Shown one piece after another: positions 46,359-59,200 of a stretch of DNA of 64,000 bases (position 1 is its first letter; every line of letters begins with the position of its first letter). This DNA is from Yuukianura sp. NJ FZ-2021 (lineage: Eukaryota), in contig CM102285.1 of assembly GCA_046563655.1 (NCBI GenBank), positions 12,958,001-13,022,000 of the forward strand. Reading direction: 5' to 3'. The notes under the pieces are model-generated. The model did no database searches, was not told where the DNA came from, and was given only the letters and a program-made list of their open reading frames with translations. Position numbers and translations under genes: made by a program.

Positions 46359-49300
46359 ATGGTGACGCTAACGGCTCCACTGTCTTCAACACTTTTACCA
46401 CAACTGAACAACTACCGGCTCTCCAACTTCCTTACGGATTTGACCATCAGCTGTGTCCATGACGCTGGACAACAAGAGTCATTCACATGTCACAAACTGG
46501 TCGTGTCATCCGTATCTGACTTTTTGGCAGGTCTAATCAAGGTCAGTGACCTCTCTGTTTAGTTGTTATTGTTTATATCATTAACTTTTTACATACTAAA
46601 TTTTAAGTTAAGTTGTGATTTTTTGTTATCCTTATATGACCAAGTAACATTTAAGTAACTATAGAGTCGTTTTAGTTCAAAATTTAGTTTGCCGAACTTT
46701 TGTTTCGTCCATCGGCTCCACAACTGCAACTTTCACCTGCAATTAGCTTTGAAAAGTTGCTAAAAATTTTTTGAAAAGTTTCATTTTGATTCAAATTTTG
46801 CCCCTCCCGTTACTTTCTCCCCTTTCTCATTTGGTTAATCGTAATGGCGCACCATGTGACGGGTCAGGAACTGGTGAAAGTTTTATTTCCAAACTTCCAA
46901 TAATTTTGAAAGCGCGTTTCGATTTAACTTTTTCTGTTCGAAAATGTGTTTGCTTAAAACGAGTTTCCCGAAATCAAAAAACTGTTCAAACATCCCCGCC
47001 TTCGCTGTTTTTGTCTGGCCCGTTAATCGACTGGTTGAAAGCGTCGCTTTCATTTTTAATTTGTGCACATGCAGAAAATGACAGTTTTCGGTTTTTGGGA
47101 AATTCTTTTTTCAAAAAATGAAAGTGGTGGCATCAGTTCATGACTATTTTAGAGGAACCGGAGGAGTGTACGGCCTGTTTTCCCTGATTAGTTGTTGGTT
47201 TATTAAAATGGTGGAAAAGGAAACGAGAGTAATGAGTCCATGGATCTACATAGCACAGGCAGGTTTTCCAGAAAAGCATCACAACTTTCCCTGGCAAAAC
47301 TGACGAGGAATCGTAGCTCTTCTGGAAGCCATACAACCACAGTGAAAGCAAAACCCGGGAAAATCAATAAACTAAAACCCGTCTTTACTCTCTGCTCATA
47401 GTTACTCATTACTTGCGCTTTTTGTACTTACTCATCATCATCATTACTATCGATCTCCCCGGGTAGCAAAAGCCCCCCTCCCCCTTCCACCCCTCCTGCT
47501 TTTATAAAGATAGGATCCTACCATAGACTTTCCTTCATTAAGGTTTCACCAGCAGGATTTGGCTATGTAAAGATCCGACTTTCTCCGGGGAAGACTCTCT
47601 CCTCTCCGCGCCTTTCCTCTCAATTCGATGGCTTTTATGCCTCTCTGCATATGAAATCCGTAATAAAGTCATGCACCAAATGAAAACGCAGGAGTTTGGG
47701 CAGTTCAGCCTCCGAAAACGGTTTTTATTGATTTTAAGGTGAAAATAAATGTAATGAGGAGAGAAACAAAGGAAGATAGGAGTAGGCAGGGAAGGTTTGT
47801 CTGCTTTCACCACCGCAGGGACCTATGTACAAACAGCTCTGGCTTAAACATATCTAATTTCTTGGAACTTTAAAACCTCATGCAAACAACGCCCACAACC
47901 AATAATCCAATGGCCGACAAGGGAAAGAGAAAGCAGGCTTTCACTCATTTACAAATACAATATTGTTATTTCACCAATTCCTTATCGACTTTTGTACAAA
48001 GGTGAAATGTACAGTGCGTTTTTTTGAGAAAGTTCACAAACCACAATGAAAAATAAACAGTTGGTTTTTTTTACTGCATTCTGCATTTTGTTCTCACTTT
48101 TTTAAACTTCCTTAGAAACTAGAGTTAGAACTGCAATATTTCACTTTTCAGTGAAAAATGAAAAAAAGTGGAAAAAAAAACTGAAAAATACATGGAACGA
48201 AATAAACCTTTTCAGGTTCTTTAACTTTTATCACCGATATCAATTTCTTTCAATTTGTTTCAGTGCAATGAAAAAAAAACAAAGATGGAATTTTCATTTA
48301 ATTTCACTTTTCTTCAGTTTTTTTTTCAATGTGGATTCTCTAAAGTTTTTGCGCTGTTGCGCAGTTTTTGCGCTGTTGCGTAGTTTTTGCGCTGTTGCGC
48401 AGTTTTTGCGGTGTTGCGCAGTTTTTGCGGTGTTGCGCAGTTTTTGCGGTATTGCGCAGTTTTTGCGGTGTTGCGCAGTTTTTGCGGTGTTGCGCAGTTT
48501 TTGCGGTGTTGCGCAGTTTTTGCGGTGTTGCGCAGTTTTTGCGGTATTGCGCAGTTTTTGCGGTGTTGCGCAGTTTTTGCGGTGTTGCGCAGTTTTTGCG
48601 GTGTTGCGCAGTTTTTGCGGTGTTGCGCAGTTTTTGCGGTGTTGCGCAGTTTTTGCGGTGTTGCGCAGTTTTTGCGGTGTTGCGCAGTTTTTGCGGTGTT
48701 GCGCAGTTTTTGCGCTGTTGCGCAGTTTTTGCGGTGTTGCGCAGTTTTTGCGGTGTTGCGCAGTTTTTGCGCTGTTGCGCAGTTTTTGCGGTGTTGCGCA
48801 GTTTGTGCGCAGATTATAATATATATATATATATATACATTAATATTAGTTAATTCCATTTAATTAGCTAATTACTTTTGTTTCGCACCAAAAAAAAATT
48901 AACCAAAAAAAATCGTAAAAAATAAGCCGATAAACTGAAACATACGTTCCCTCCAAAATTAAAACTTTACGGTACCGCGACTTAGTTTCTTTCAGTGAAA
49001 CGAAAAAAACTACTCGATCCTGAAATATATACAACACTGTTAAAAACGGCTCGGTACAAAAAACCACAACAAAACTATCAAAGTTATTTGGTTTTTGATT
49101 TTTTTTTATCGAATTCTGCCTTTTGCTTTCACTTTTTTCCAAGTTCATTAAAAATCGCTCGGTAGAAAAGTGAAAGCTTAGGATAAAATCTGTTTTTTTT
49201 TCTCTTTTCCAGGAGAATCCCTGCTCTCATCCAATAATTATTCTGCATACACCTCCATCAGTATTCGCTAACCTCTTGACCTTTGTGTACACCGGCTCCG

Positions 49301-50665
49301 TGTCAGTGGCCAATGACCTCCTTCCGGACTTTCTGTCCCTCTGTAATCAACTCCAAATCAGCAATAACTACGACATAAGCAATAATACACAAGACTTGAG
49401 CAATAAATCTCTTCTGAGCCAAGCTCTCGAAAAACCAATCAAAGAACAACAACTGCAACCACCACCAATACTTCTAGCGACCACCGCTCCACCATCACAC
49501 CGTGACCACTCGGAGTCTCCTGGATCTGCTGACGACTCGGCATCTCCACCACCTCTGTTTCCCCCGGTTCCCACCGATTTGACCTCATCTGACCCCACTG
49601 CTTTTCCCATCCCCCTCCTCCCCCTCTTTGATAAACCTTTGACCAATCTCCTCTTTCCCAAACCCCATCATCAGCAAAACCATCAACAAAATCCTTCTTC
49701 CTCTTCATCCACTTCTTCAAGTCGCATCAGAGCAACAGATCCAAGACCGTGTCCAAAGTGTGGAAAAATCTACAGGTCGGCGCATACGCTCCGGACTCAC
49801 TTGGAAGATAAACATACGAGTTGTCCAGGATATCGCTGCGTCCTCTGTGGCACGGTGGCCAAGTCACGGAACTCCCTGCATTCACACATGTCAAGGCAAC
49901 ATCGTGGTATCAGCACCAAAGAACTTCCGGTCGTTCCAATGCCGTCACCATTTGACCCAATACTGGCCAGTAAACTGCTGGCGAAAGTGGGACGCGAAAG
50001 TGTTAACTTCTGGTAAGTCAAAATTTAACTTTTGGAGAATCCAAGGTTCGTAGACAAAAAAAAAACTTTTTCTACATCAGTTGTCCAATAACTCGAATTT
50101 AAGAAAAAAATTTTTTGAAAGTAGCAAATCTGCCCTTCTATGGTAATTTTATGCATATGGCGCTAAATTGCTGCTAAAAGTTGTTTGAAGCAAGATTTTT
50201 GAACATCGTGAGTTAATCGACAACATGTTGTAGGAAATACAAATCGGATGTCAAGGGACCTTGGGAGAATCGAAAAAAAAACATGATTTTTCGGAATTTC
50301 TTGCATTGACCTCAGAATTTCTCACATTGAGTCTTGACCTTTGACTTTTTTTTTTTTGCAGCGAAACGGAAAAGACGAGTTCGTCAACCTCGTCAAACTC
50401 AGACACTGAGTCTACCTCAGCATCTACCTCAAACAACAATAATCAACTACCTCAACAAGCAACAACTTCAACGGGTTCTGTCATATTAGACACTTACTTA
50501 CAATTCATCGCTGAAAATCATATGTTTGGTGAAAGAATCGCTGCTGGAGGAGGAGTCATCGATGGACCACCTCCGCCCAGTTTCAATAAAAAATTTAAAT
50601 TTAGTTCCCACAATAATCCAAACAATAGTCAGCAGAGTCAAAATTGTATTTATGACAGTGACTAA
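46359..50665 (+). CDS. ab: Abrupt-like BTB/C2H2 zinc-finger transcription factor
   Basis: Exons 46359-46541, 49213-50012 and 50362-50665. BTB (TDLTISC, CHKLVVS, ENPCSHPIIIL, FVYTGSV) and zinc fingers RATDPRPCPKCGKIYRSAHTLRTHLEDKH...CVLCGTVAKSRNSLHSHMSRQHRG matching Abrupt. Confidence 0.88.
48344..48811. repeat. 19-bp minisatellite (about 24 copies) in abrupt intron 1
   Basis: Unit GCGCAGTTTTTGCGGTGTT with few variants, followed by a short (AT)n tract. Confidence 0.97.
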
Positions 50666-53252
50666 TTTAGGAACATAGTTAAACCTAACCTTAACTTAAT
50701 AGTTAATTGTTATTTTAGAACAAAAGCCACAGGAAGTTTAGATTTTAGAACAAACCCTAGTTTTTACATTGGTTTACCTACCTCGAACTTTAGAATTTTT
50801 TAGAAAGTTGAAAATTTAGAAAAAGTGGAAAACCAATAACTTTAGCACAATAATTTAAAAAGTAAAGACATAAGAGAAAGTACGCGGGTGAAAGTTAGAG
50901 TTGTCCTTCCACAAAACATTGACAACTTAATAACTTCAAATGAGGAATCAATAACCATTATATCAATAATACTGCTAACTCTTGTGTTTTAGAATCAAGT
51001 GTTTTTGTGTTAGTTTGAGTTAGAAAGAGGAAACCCTTGTTTTGAAATCGTGTTTGAACAGAATAAAAAAAGAAGGAGAGGAGATGAGTGTGACGAAGTG
51101 TTGCTCCTTGAAAATGCTTTTGCTCTGTTTCAGTTTTAAGAGGGGTAAGGCCACTCCGGGGGACGGAGAAGATGCTGCTTAGTAGCTAGCTGATATGATG
51201 ACACGCTTCTGCAAAATGTCTAAAAATAAAGTTAAGAAATAAAGTTTGCAATTTTTTTTTGCGAGTATAACTGGGACAGTTCCGTCAAACGCCTGATTTT
51301 TGCACATTCAGTTCCTATCGTTCATTCCAGTCAATTTACTGGAACTAAACTTTGCAAATCTAGAGAAAGTTCCACCAGTTTGAAAGTCTCCTTTGGTGTA
51401 AAATCGTGATTTCATAACTTCTTTCTTAAATTTCAAAATTTTGATTTTCGAAATTAGATAATTAGAAGTTCAGCTAGCAGCGAAGAGTTTTCACACGGGT
51501 AAGAATTTTCAAATTCAAAATTTGCAAAATTTTTAGTATTAACCTTGTACCCGATGAACCCTATTTGTATCTAAATTTTTCAAGACAGAAAGTTGGAACG
51601 CAAAAGGAACAAGAATGTTGAATGTCGTGTTCAATTTTTTTTTTAATTCAAAATTCTCAGTCTTTTTTAAGACAAACCAGAATCAAATTCTTGATCATAA
51701 GACTTAGCAGATCTGTGTTAAGAAAACAATGACGTTTGAATCACGTTGTACAAAAATGTGAGTAATACATTGCACATAAGCTGCAGAAAGCCAATTTCAA
51801 GTCAATCAACGCAGCGACAGTTGGCCGTGATAAGTGGTTTGGCACTTTCCCAACTTTCTTTGATTTTTTATGGTTTTTCGAGAAAAAAAATTCAAATTTA
51901 ATTTCAATTTCTTTTCGAAAACTTTTTCTAATTCTGCGTATAAACTTTTCTAAATTAATTTTGACCAAAGAATAACAACATGCGTGGGCACAAGAGTTTT
52001 TTGTTGAAATTTTCGAGTGAAAGTTAAACAAACAAAAGCCATTGTCATGTTCGATCCTGATTGATTCGTGTCATGTTTTTCATAAATTGAGTTAAATTGT
52101 TCCAGACTGACATGAATTGAAGGTTCAACGCTTTCGCTTGCTTTGTTATGCATATGGAATAAACAGTATCAAAATCACGGAAATGTTCGTGAATAAAAAC
52201 AGCGCTGCATTCGGCTGGAACGAAGTAATTTTTCATTTAGCCCAAAATTGCCAATTTGCCAATTTTTGGTTATATGCGACAGGTGCAAGGCGCCGATTCG
52301 CATGCGGAACGCGTCGTGATTGCTGTTTTACCAACAAAAAATTGTAGACTGCTGCGCCTGAGGTCAGGTTTTGCTTTTTAGGTTGGATACATTAGGTTAT
52401 GATTAGGTTTAGCAGTACTTTCTCCCTCTATGTCCAGGAAATTGCAACTTTCTCCAGGTTTTTGCGCTGGAGTCAACCAAAACCCAAACCTTATAGAAAG
52501 TTATATCAGCCAAAGTAGTGGAACTGGAAAGTTTATTGATTGAGCGCAGAAGAGGCGGAGGAGCGAAAGTTTTTCCTTTCTGAAAAACAGATAGACAAAA
52601 CCACACCAAAAAAACTTTGGTTCCCAGTCTCCCTTCCTCCTCCTTCCGTAGAGAAAGCGGACAGGATTTCCTGGATTTCGAAATTAACGGACTCATAATT
52701 GTAAATCCCATAGGAACTTACTGGCCTGTCTTCTTCTGGCAAAAGGTCACGTCCAAAGTGGACTTGTGGAGCTCAAAGGTCACGCTCAGATTGACCTTTC
52801 GTCCAGATCGAACTTTCTCCTCGACCATCTTGGATCTACAATGTGACCTCACCCACTTCAACACGACCACCAGAAGACAGTTTTTTATGGAACACGAACT
52901 GTAAAAAGTGGGAGAAAGTCTTTTTTTGAAGAATTGTACATATCATAAACCAAAATTTCAATATTTTAAAAACCAAATTTTAAAACACGAAACTTTTTGG
53001 TACAAATTTTAACAAAAATTTTTGGTCAAGATAACCTCAAAGACGACGACGACGACGCATCATCATCATCATGAAACTGCTACTGCTCCACTACTACTAC
53101 GCTTCAGCATTCCAAACGTACAGACTTTTTCCAAATTTAGTAAGATCCAAATTATGAGTGACCCCGTTGGAGTGTGACCTTGACCTTTGGCCTCTCATTC
53201 GAATTTGCATTCGAACTTCGGAATCGTTACAACGGCGGCCCTCGTCCAGAAA

Positions 53253-56200
53253 ATGTTACCCCATACCCATGGAAGTGAGGCTCACGGAAACAGTTCTGCG
53301 CAGACGCACTCATCTTACGCACGGAGAAACTCGTACATCAATTCATCCAGCTCATCACCCGATTCGACCGCCATTGCAGCCCTCGCCCCACTTCCGTTCC
53401 CAACCAACAATTTCCCGTTTCACCAAAGTCATTCATCCCCTCGGGTCATTTTGAATGTTGGCGGAGTACGGCATGAGGTTATGTGGAAAACGCTCAATAG
53501 ACTACCCCATACCCGTCTAGGTCAACTCTACGCAGCCGCATGTCACGAAGAAATAGCTCTCCTGTGTGACGACTACAACCTCACTGACAACGAGTACTTT
53601 TTTGATCGACATCCCAAGAGCTTCAATTCCATCCTCAACTTCTACCGTACCGGGAAGTTGCATCTTGTTGACGAAATGTGCGTACTGGCTTTCAATGAAG
53701 ATCTGATCTACTGGGGAGTTGATGAACTTTATCTAGAAACATGCTGCCAGCACAAGTATCATCAACGCAAAGAACACGTTTATGAAGAGATGCGAAAAGA
53801 AGCCGAGTCACTCCGACAGCGTGACGAAGAGGAGTTCGGTGAAGGTCGGTTCGTGACGTACCAAAAGTACCTTTGGGACCTACTGGAAAAACCTACTTCA
53901 AGTTTTCCAGCTCGTGTCGTAGCAGTGATCAGTATTTTTTTCATTGTTCTCTCTACTATTGCCCTAACCCTCAACACCGTCCCAATACTTCAAGAATGTT
54001 CAAAGCAATTTGAAAATTATACCCTCTGTGAACTGTATCCAAATAGAAACTTGATGCTGAATCGGAACGATGTAGAAATTGAAAAGAATCGGCCGATTAG
54101 TCAAGATGAACTATGGGTAGAGAACCATTACTTTTTACGAATTGAAGAGATTTGTATCACATGGTTCACCCTAGAGTACGTCCTTCGTCTCCTAGCCAGT
54201 CCCAACAAGTGCAAATTCCTTCAAGGTGGACTGAACAACATTGACCTGTTGGCTATTCTTCCGTTCTTTGTCTCCATGTTTCTGCAGCAGTCAAAGAAAC
54301 ATCCCGGTGGAGCCTCTGAACACATCGCTGACGTTCGGCGAGTCATTCAAGTCTTTCGTATTATGCGGATCCTTCGAGTTTTCAAATTGGCTCGTCACAG
54401 TACCGGTCTCCAGTCCCTTGGCTTTACACTTCGAAATAGTTACAAGGAACTAGGACTGCTCATGTTGTTTCTAGCCATGGGCGTCCTAATTTTTAGTTCT
54501 CTAGCCTACTTTGCAGAACGAGATGAGAATGATGAGTTTGTGAGCATTCCAGTCACGTTTTGGTGGGCAGTGATAACCATGACTACTGTAGGCTACGGTG
54601 ACATGTACCCCAAAACTGTATTTGGGAAGCTCATTGGAGGTGCATGTTGTGTCTGTGGTGTGCTCGTCGTAGCTCTTCCAATTCCAATTATCGTCAACAA
54701 CTTTGCAGAATTCTACAAGAATCAGATGCGGAGAGAGAAGGCGCTCAAGCGACGGGAAGCACTGGAGAGAGCCAAGCGTGAAGGCAGTATCCTTAGTTTT
54801 AACAAGATCAACCTCAAGGATGCTATTGGCAAGAGTATGGACCTCATTGACATCATTGTGGATACAGGTGAGTGGGCGGGGCCAGGGCACACGAACAGGG
54901 CCGAAGGACCTCATGTACTGCCCGAAACGTCCAGTACCCTTCAAGTACCCACGACTGAGACCCTTAGAGTACCCAGGACTGAGAGCACTACCACCGCCAC
55001 CACAACCACAACCTAAAAAACAATATAGACACGGCGTCACTAACCACTTTCTAACAAGGAGGGCCACGAAAAACCGAAAAAAAATTGCCGTTTTCCAAAA
55101 AAAAAATGAACAATGGGACACGGATTTCCCGATAACAAAAAAATTTAGTCGATTTTCTTCCAATTTTCAATAGCAGTCAAAAATACATCAACAAATTCGG
55201 GACACCATGAGGGCGCGGACTAGCAAATGAGGCGATACGTGTTTAATTTTGTTCAAAAAACAATGAAACATCCCCGCTTCGTAATTTAATTATTCAAAAG
55301 TTAATTTTTTTTCTGCAGTTTTTGATTTTTCGTGGTCCTCCCTGTTACGTTATAGCTTTCTTTTAGAAACTCAAAAATTTGCACGCTCAAACACCCAAAC
55401 TCACAAGAAAAAGCGTTTTTCGCGTTGAACTTGCGTTACGTGAAATAAAATTTTCACGATTTTAGGTTTAAAGTTTACAATGCCTTTTCTAAAATAACTT
55501 TTGGCATGCATTTCATGTTTTCCCTTGTCACTCAATTCTAAAACTTAAAAAGCAATTTTGCCAGTGCCAATATTTGAATCACTTTGCTCACAATTTGCAA
55601 TTTGCTACAAAGTTGCTTCTCAGCAGCAAACCAATTTTTAGCAAACAGGCAAGCCTAATTTCACTAATGCTTTCTTTTTGAAAAAAAATCTCAAATTGAC
55701 TAATAAGTATCCTAAATAATATTGCAACAATTTTCGAAATCATAAAATTTTTAAAAACTACAAATAAAAATAGCGTTTCTAAAAACCAAATTCGTCCAAA
55801 TTTTGAAACCTGAAATCTTGTGATAAACCAATTTGAACTGGGGAACAAGAAAAAACGAAACAATATTTGAAATAATTTAAAAAAAAACTCAAAATCCAAA
55901 GCATCTATTCCCTCTGCTTTCACTTTCACAAAAAAAGTTAAATCACGCTTCGAAATTGCACACTTAAAAGCAACCATAATTTTACTAGTTAAAAAAATCA
56001 GAAATGTCTAAAAGGAAAATTTTCTTTTTTGCCAAAAACCTAATAAAATTCAAACACGAATTGCCAAAATAAAAAAATTACGAAAACTGTATGTAGTACT
56101 ATGCATTTTTATGATTCTTTTCTTGTGAGTTTGCGTGTGTTCACAAAAGCGAGAGCGAGTTGAGTTGAGAAATTTTCACAACTTTCTCTCTTTTTTTTCC

Positions 56201-59200
56201 AAAGAAGAGAAAGTAAGTGGCGGTGGTAGTAGCTATCAAAAAACTTTTTTTCGTTCCTGGTGACCTGGGGAGGGCGTGTTTCTTTGCCATTGTAATTTAG
56301 GAGGTAGAAAATTTACCAAGAATGATTTCCATCCGTAGTTCACTGAAGTCTAGCCTTACAGTTTAACCTAACATAACTTATACGTTTTTGAGGACATTCG
56401 GGACTACTATAGAAACAGTGTACCACGGTGTTCTTTTTTGTTCAGGCTGAGCTTATGGCCACGGTTCACCGCCGTGGCACGGTGGCAAGGGATCCATTCC
56501 AAGTAGAACGAGATTGTTTTCACCGAGGTTGCTCCTGTTCCTTTGCGTGTGACTGACTCGATGAACAACGAGCTTTCTCTTGGTAAATTTAGGCCGAGGT
56601 TGGTTAGGTTTTGGCGGCAGAATAGACTAACACTATAGTAGTTTGGATTGTTAAATTTGATCGGATGTGCGTCCTTATTGTCGATTGTCGTCATCGGTGT
56701 TCTTCTGGTTCGTTTCATTCAGCTTCAAACTTTGTGGTTTTGCCATTATCCTTTTCCAAACTGAGAAACTCTCTGCTCTTTCTGAGGTTTAGGCGTGTCC
56801 ATGGCACCTTGTTCTGCTCCTACGGTTAGGTTTGTCTAATCGTTAGACTCTCTCCGCACCCCGGGAAAGCAGAGAAAATGCCAATAATCATATCAGATTG
56901 ACAAATAATCTGGAAATGTCATGCCTAGACCAAATCAATTCCTTCCTGCTAATTTACTCTCTCCGTTATTCTTCACCTAAATCCACAAGAATGGACTACT
57001 AAAACCTATCACCACCATGGTCGTTACGTTTATGGTCAAAAGCCAAGAAAAATGCGGGTAACATAAAAAAAGATGCGGGTAACATCCTCCTCCCTTCTAC
57101 TTTTCCTAAGTTACGACCTTTCTTTTTCAAGGCAGTGGAAGAATAATAGGGAAATGAAAATGGTAATCTGAGTTTCACTGGAGAAAAAAAAGGAATAGTG
57201 AAAAGGTTAGAGGAAATTAGGACGTGCTAACTAGTCTCGCCTATTCTAACTTACTAAAATAGACTTTTCTAGATAAAGTATCTTCTATAACCTTAGTAAG
57301 TTACGTTATAAACCTAACTTACGTTATAACCTAACCTGAAAATGGAGGAAATGGTGTTCTCTGGTTGGTTTTTGTTCCTACTTTTCGCGAAACCCTAATC
57401 TCCACTTTCAATCTAACACTTCCTCTCGATCAAATCACTTTCCCCGTTTTCACCAATTTTTTTTTCTCTTTTTGAAATTTAGCGCGCTGAATTTCAGTCA
57501 AGCGGTAATGGCAGGCTACACGGGCGGATGGACGCTCCGGAACTAAAAAACTTGGAACCACTACTTTTAGTGAGATAAAAAAAGTATGAAACTTTGAACT
57601 TTTGGGAAAAAAACATCGAGAGCCGCTCCTTGTTTTCTTTTACGTTTTCACTTTTTTTGCGAAGTTCATGCTTATAGAAGCATGGGAGATAATTAAAAAT
57701 TGTTCTCAGCTAAAAACTTTTGCAGAGACATGAGGTGGAAACGAGAAAAAAATTTGTGTTAGAACACGGAAAAAATGGTTTCTTGCGGACCAATTATTAG
57801 CAATGAACATGCAAGAAACGAACACAACAGGAGAAAGTCAGTAGGCAAAAAGCAGATTTGGAGGCTGGTTGCTTTCTCTTTTGCACTTTGAAAGCAGCGT
57901 CGTCGTTTGCGTTGCCTGCCTAGCATAAAGGTCAAAGTGTCAGCATAGCGCTGGAGAATTTGATTCTACTGCATGCGACAGATTGAAAAGGAATAAACTC
58001 CCCCAACACTTCTAAACAAGCGCTACTTTCTTCTTTTTTCAGCGTCTTAAGCTTAAGCGCTCGCAAGCGCTTAAGCTTTCTAGCTTTACGTACCACTCTG
58101 CTCCAGGATTTCCCAAATTGTAACATTCTTCTCTACAAAGTAATTTTTTCTAGAACTTTCTCTTTTTTGCTCATGCTCTCGTGTCTTCTTAATTTTTTAA
58201 TGTTTCTCATCTTTTCCTTTACTTATAGTAGTCGGGAATAGAATTTTTCTAGTACTACTAGACTTCTGAGGGCTTAACTTTTAGCTTCTTTCAATTCGAA
58301 AAAAAAAAGTTTTCCCCAAAAAGTTAGGCTTTCCTTGTAGCCTTGAAGCTTCAACCTCCTTGAACGTATAGTGCTCGGTTGAAAACTTTCACTCTGTATT
58401 TATACTCCCAATGTCTTATGTAATAATAATCACTCCTCATTTGAAAACTAAGGGCTTAGAAGGAAGAAGTGGAAGAAAGACTTAGAACAGAGGAAGATGC
58501 TGCAGAAGTTTCTCCAGCAGCTTTCTCCATAAACTTATTCCCAGCCTCATCTTCTTCCATTTTTATTATTCTCTTCCGCTTCCTCGTCCTCTTTCGAATC
58601 GTTTCTGGAACTCCGGATTCTCTTTTTCCTAGATTCTGGAAGCAATTCCGGAACGATTCCAACATAGTTTTAGACCAATCCCGAGGGATAAGACATTCAC
58701 TGTTCCTGTCCTGGGTCGTGCTCGTGTTGCTTCAACTCCAAAAGTCATGTTATGTAATGTTATGGTCTCAGAGGTCAGCTAAAAATCGTATCCAATCTTA
58801 ATTTGGGTCAGAGGCTGGGCACTGGAACACAAGCATAAGGTCATGTTAGACAAGAAAAGAGTAGAGAAAGTTCAAGGTTCCTTGACAACCGAATCGTATT
58901 TCTACAACAGGTTGTGCAATAACTCGGGATTTTAAAATTCTCAGAAAAAAATTTTTTTCCCTCCAATTTCTATTAAATAATTACCACAGAATGCTACAGG
59001 AGAAAATTTTTTACGAATTTTTTTTTAACAATAATTCTCAAAACATTGAGTTATTGGACAACCTGGTGTAGAAAAAACTATTTTGGTTGTTTACGGACCT
59101 TGGGAAAGTTAGAGTTGAACTGGCTAACGAATAGAAACCGCTCCAATTCCAGGTCACAACATGTCCATTGGGGAACCAAGTGACGACGAAGATGCCAAGA

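Noticed and set aside
48151..48863. Long Cys/Arg-rich ORFs on both strands
   Set aside because: They are translations of the 19-bp minisatellite, which lacks stop codons, and lie inside the abrupt intron.
56407..58801. ORFs inside the large Shab intron (56407..56718, 58456..58665, 58469..58801) as nested genes
   Set aside because: No recognisable domains and no convincing splice structure.
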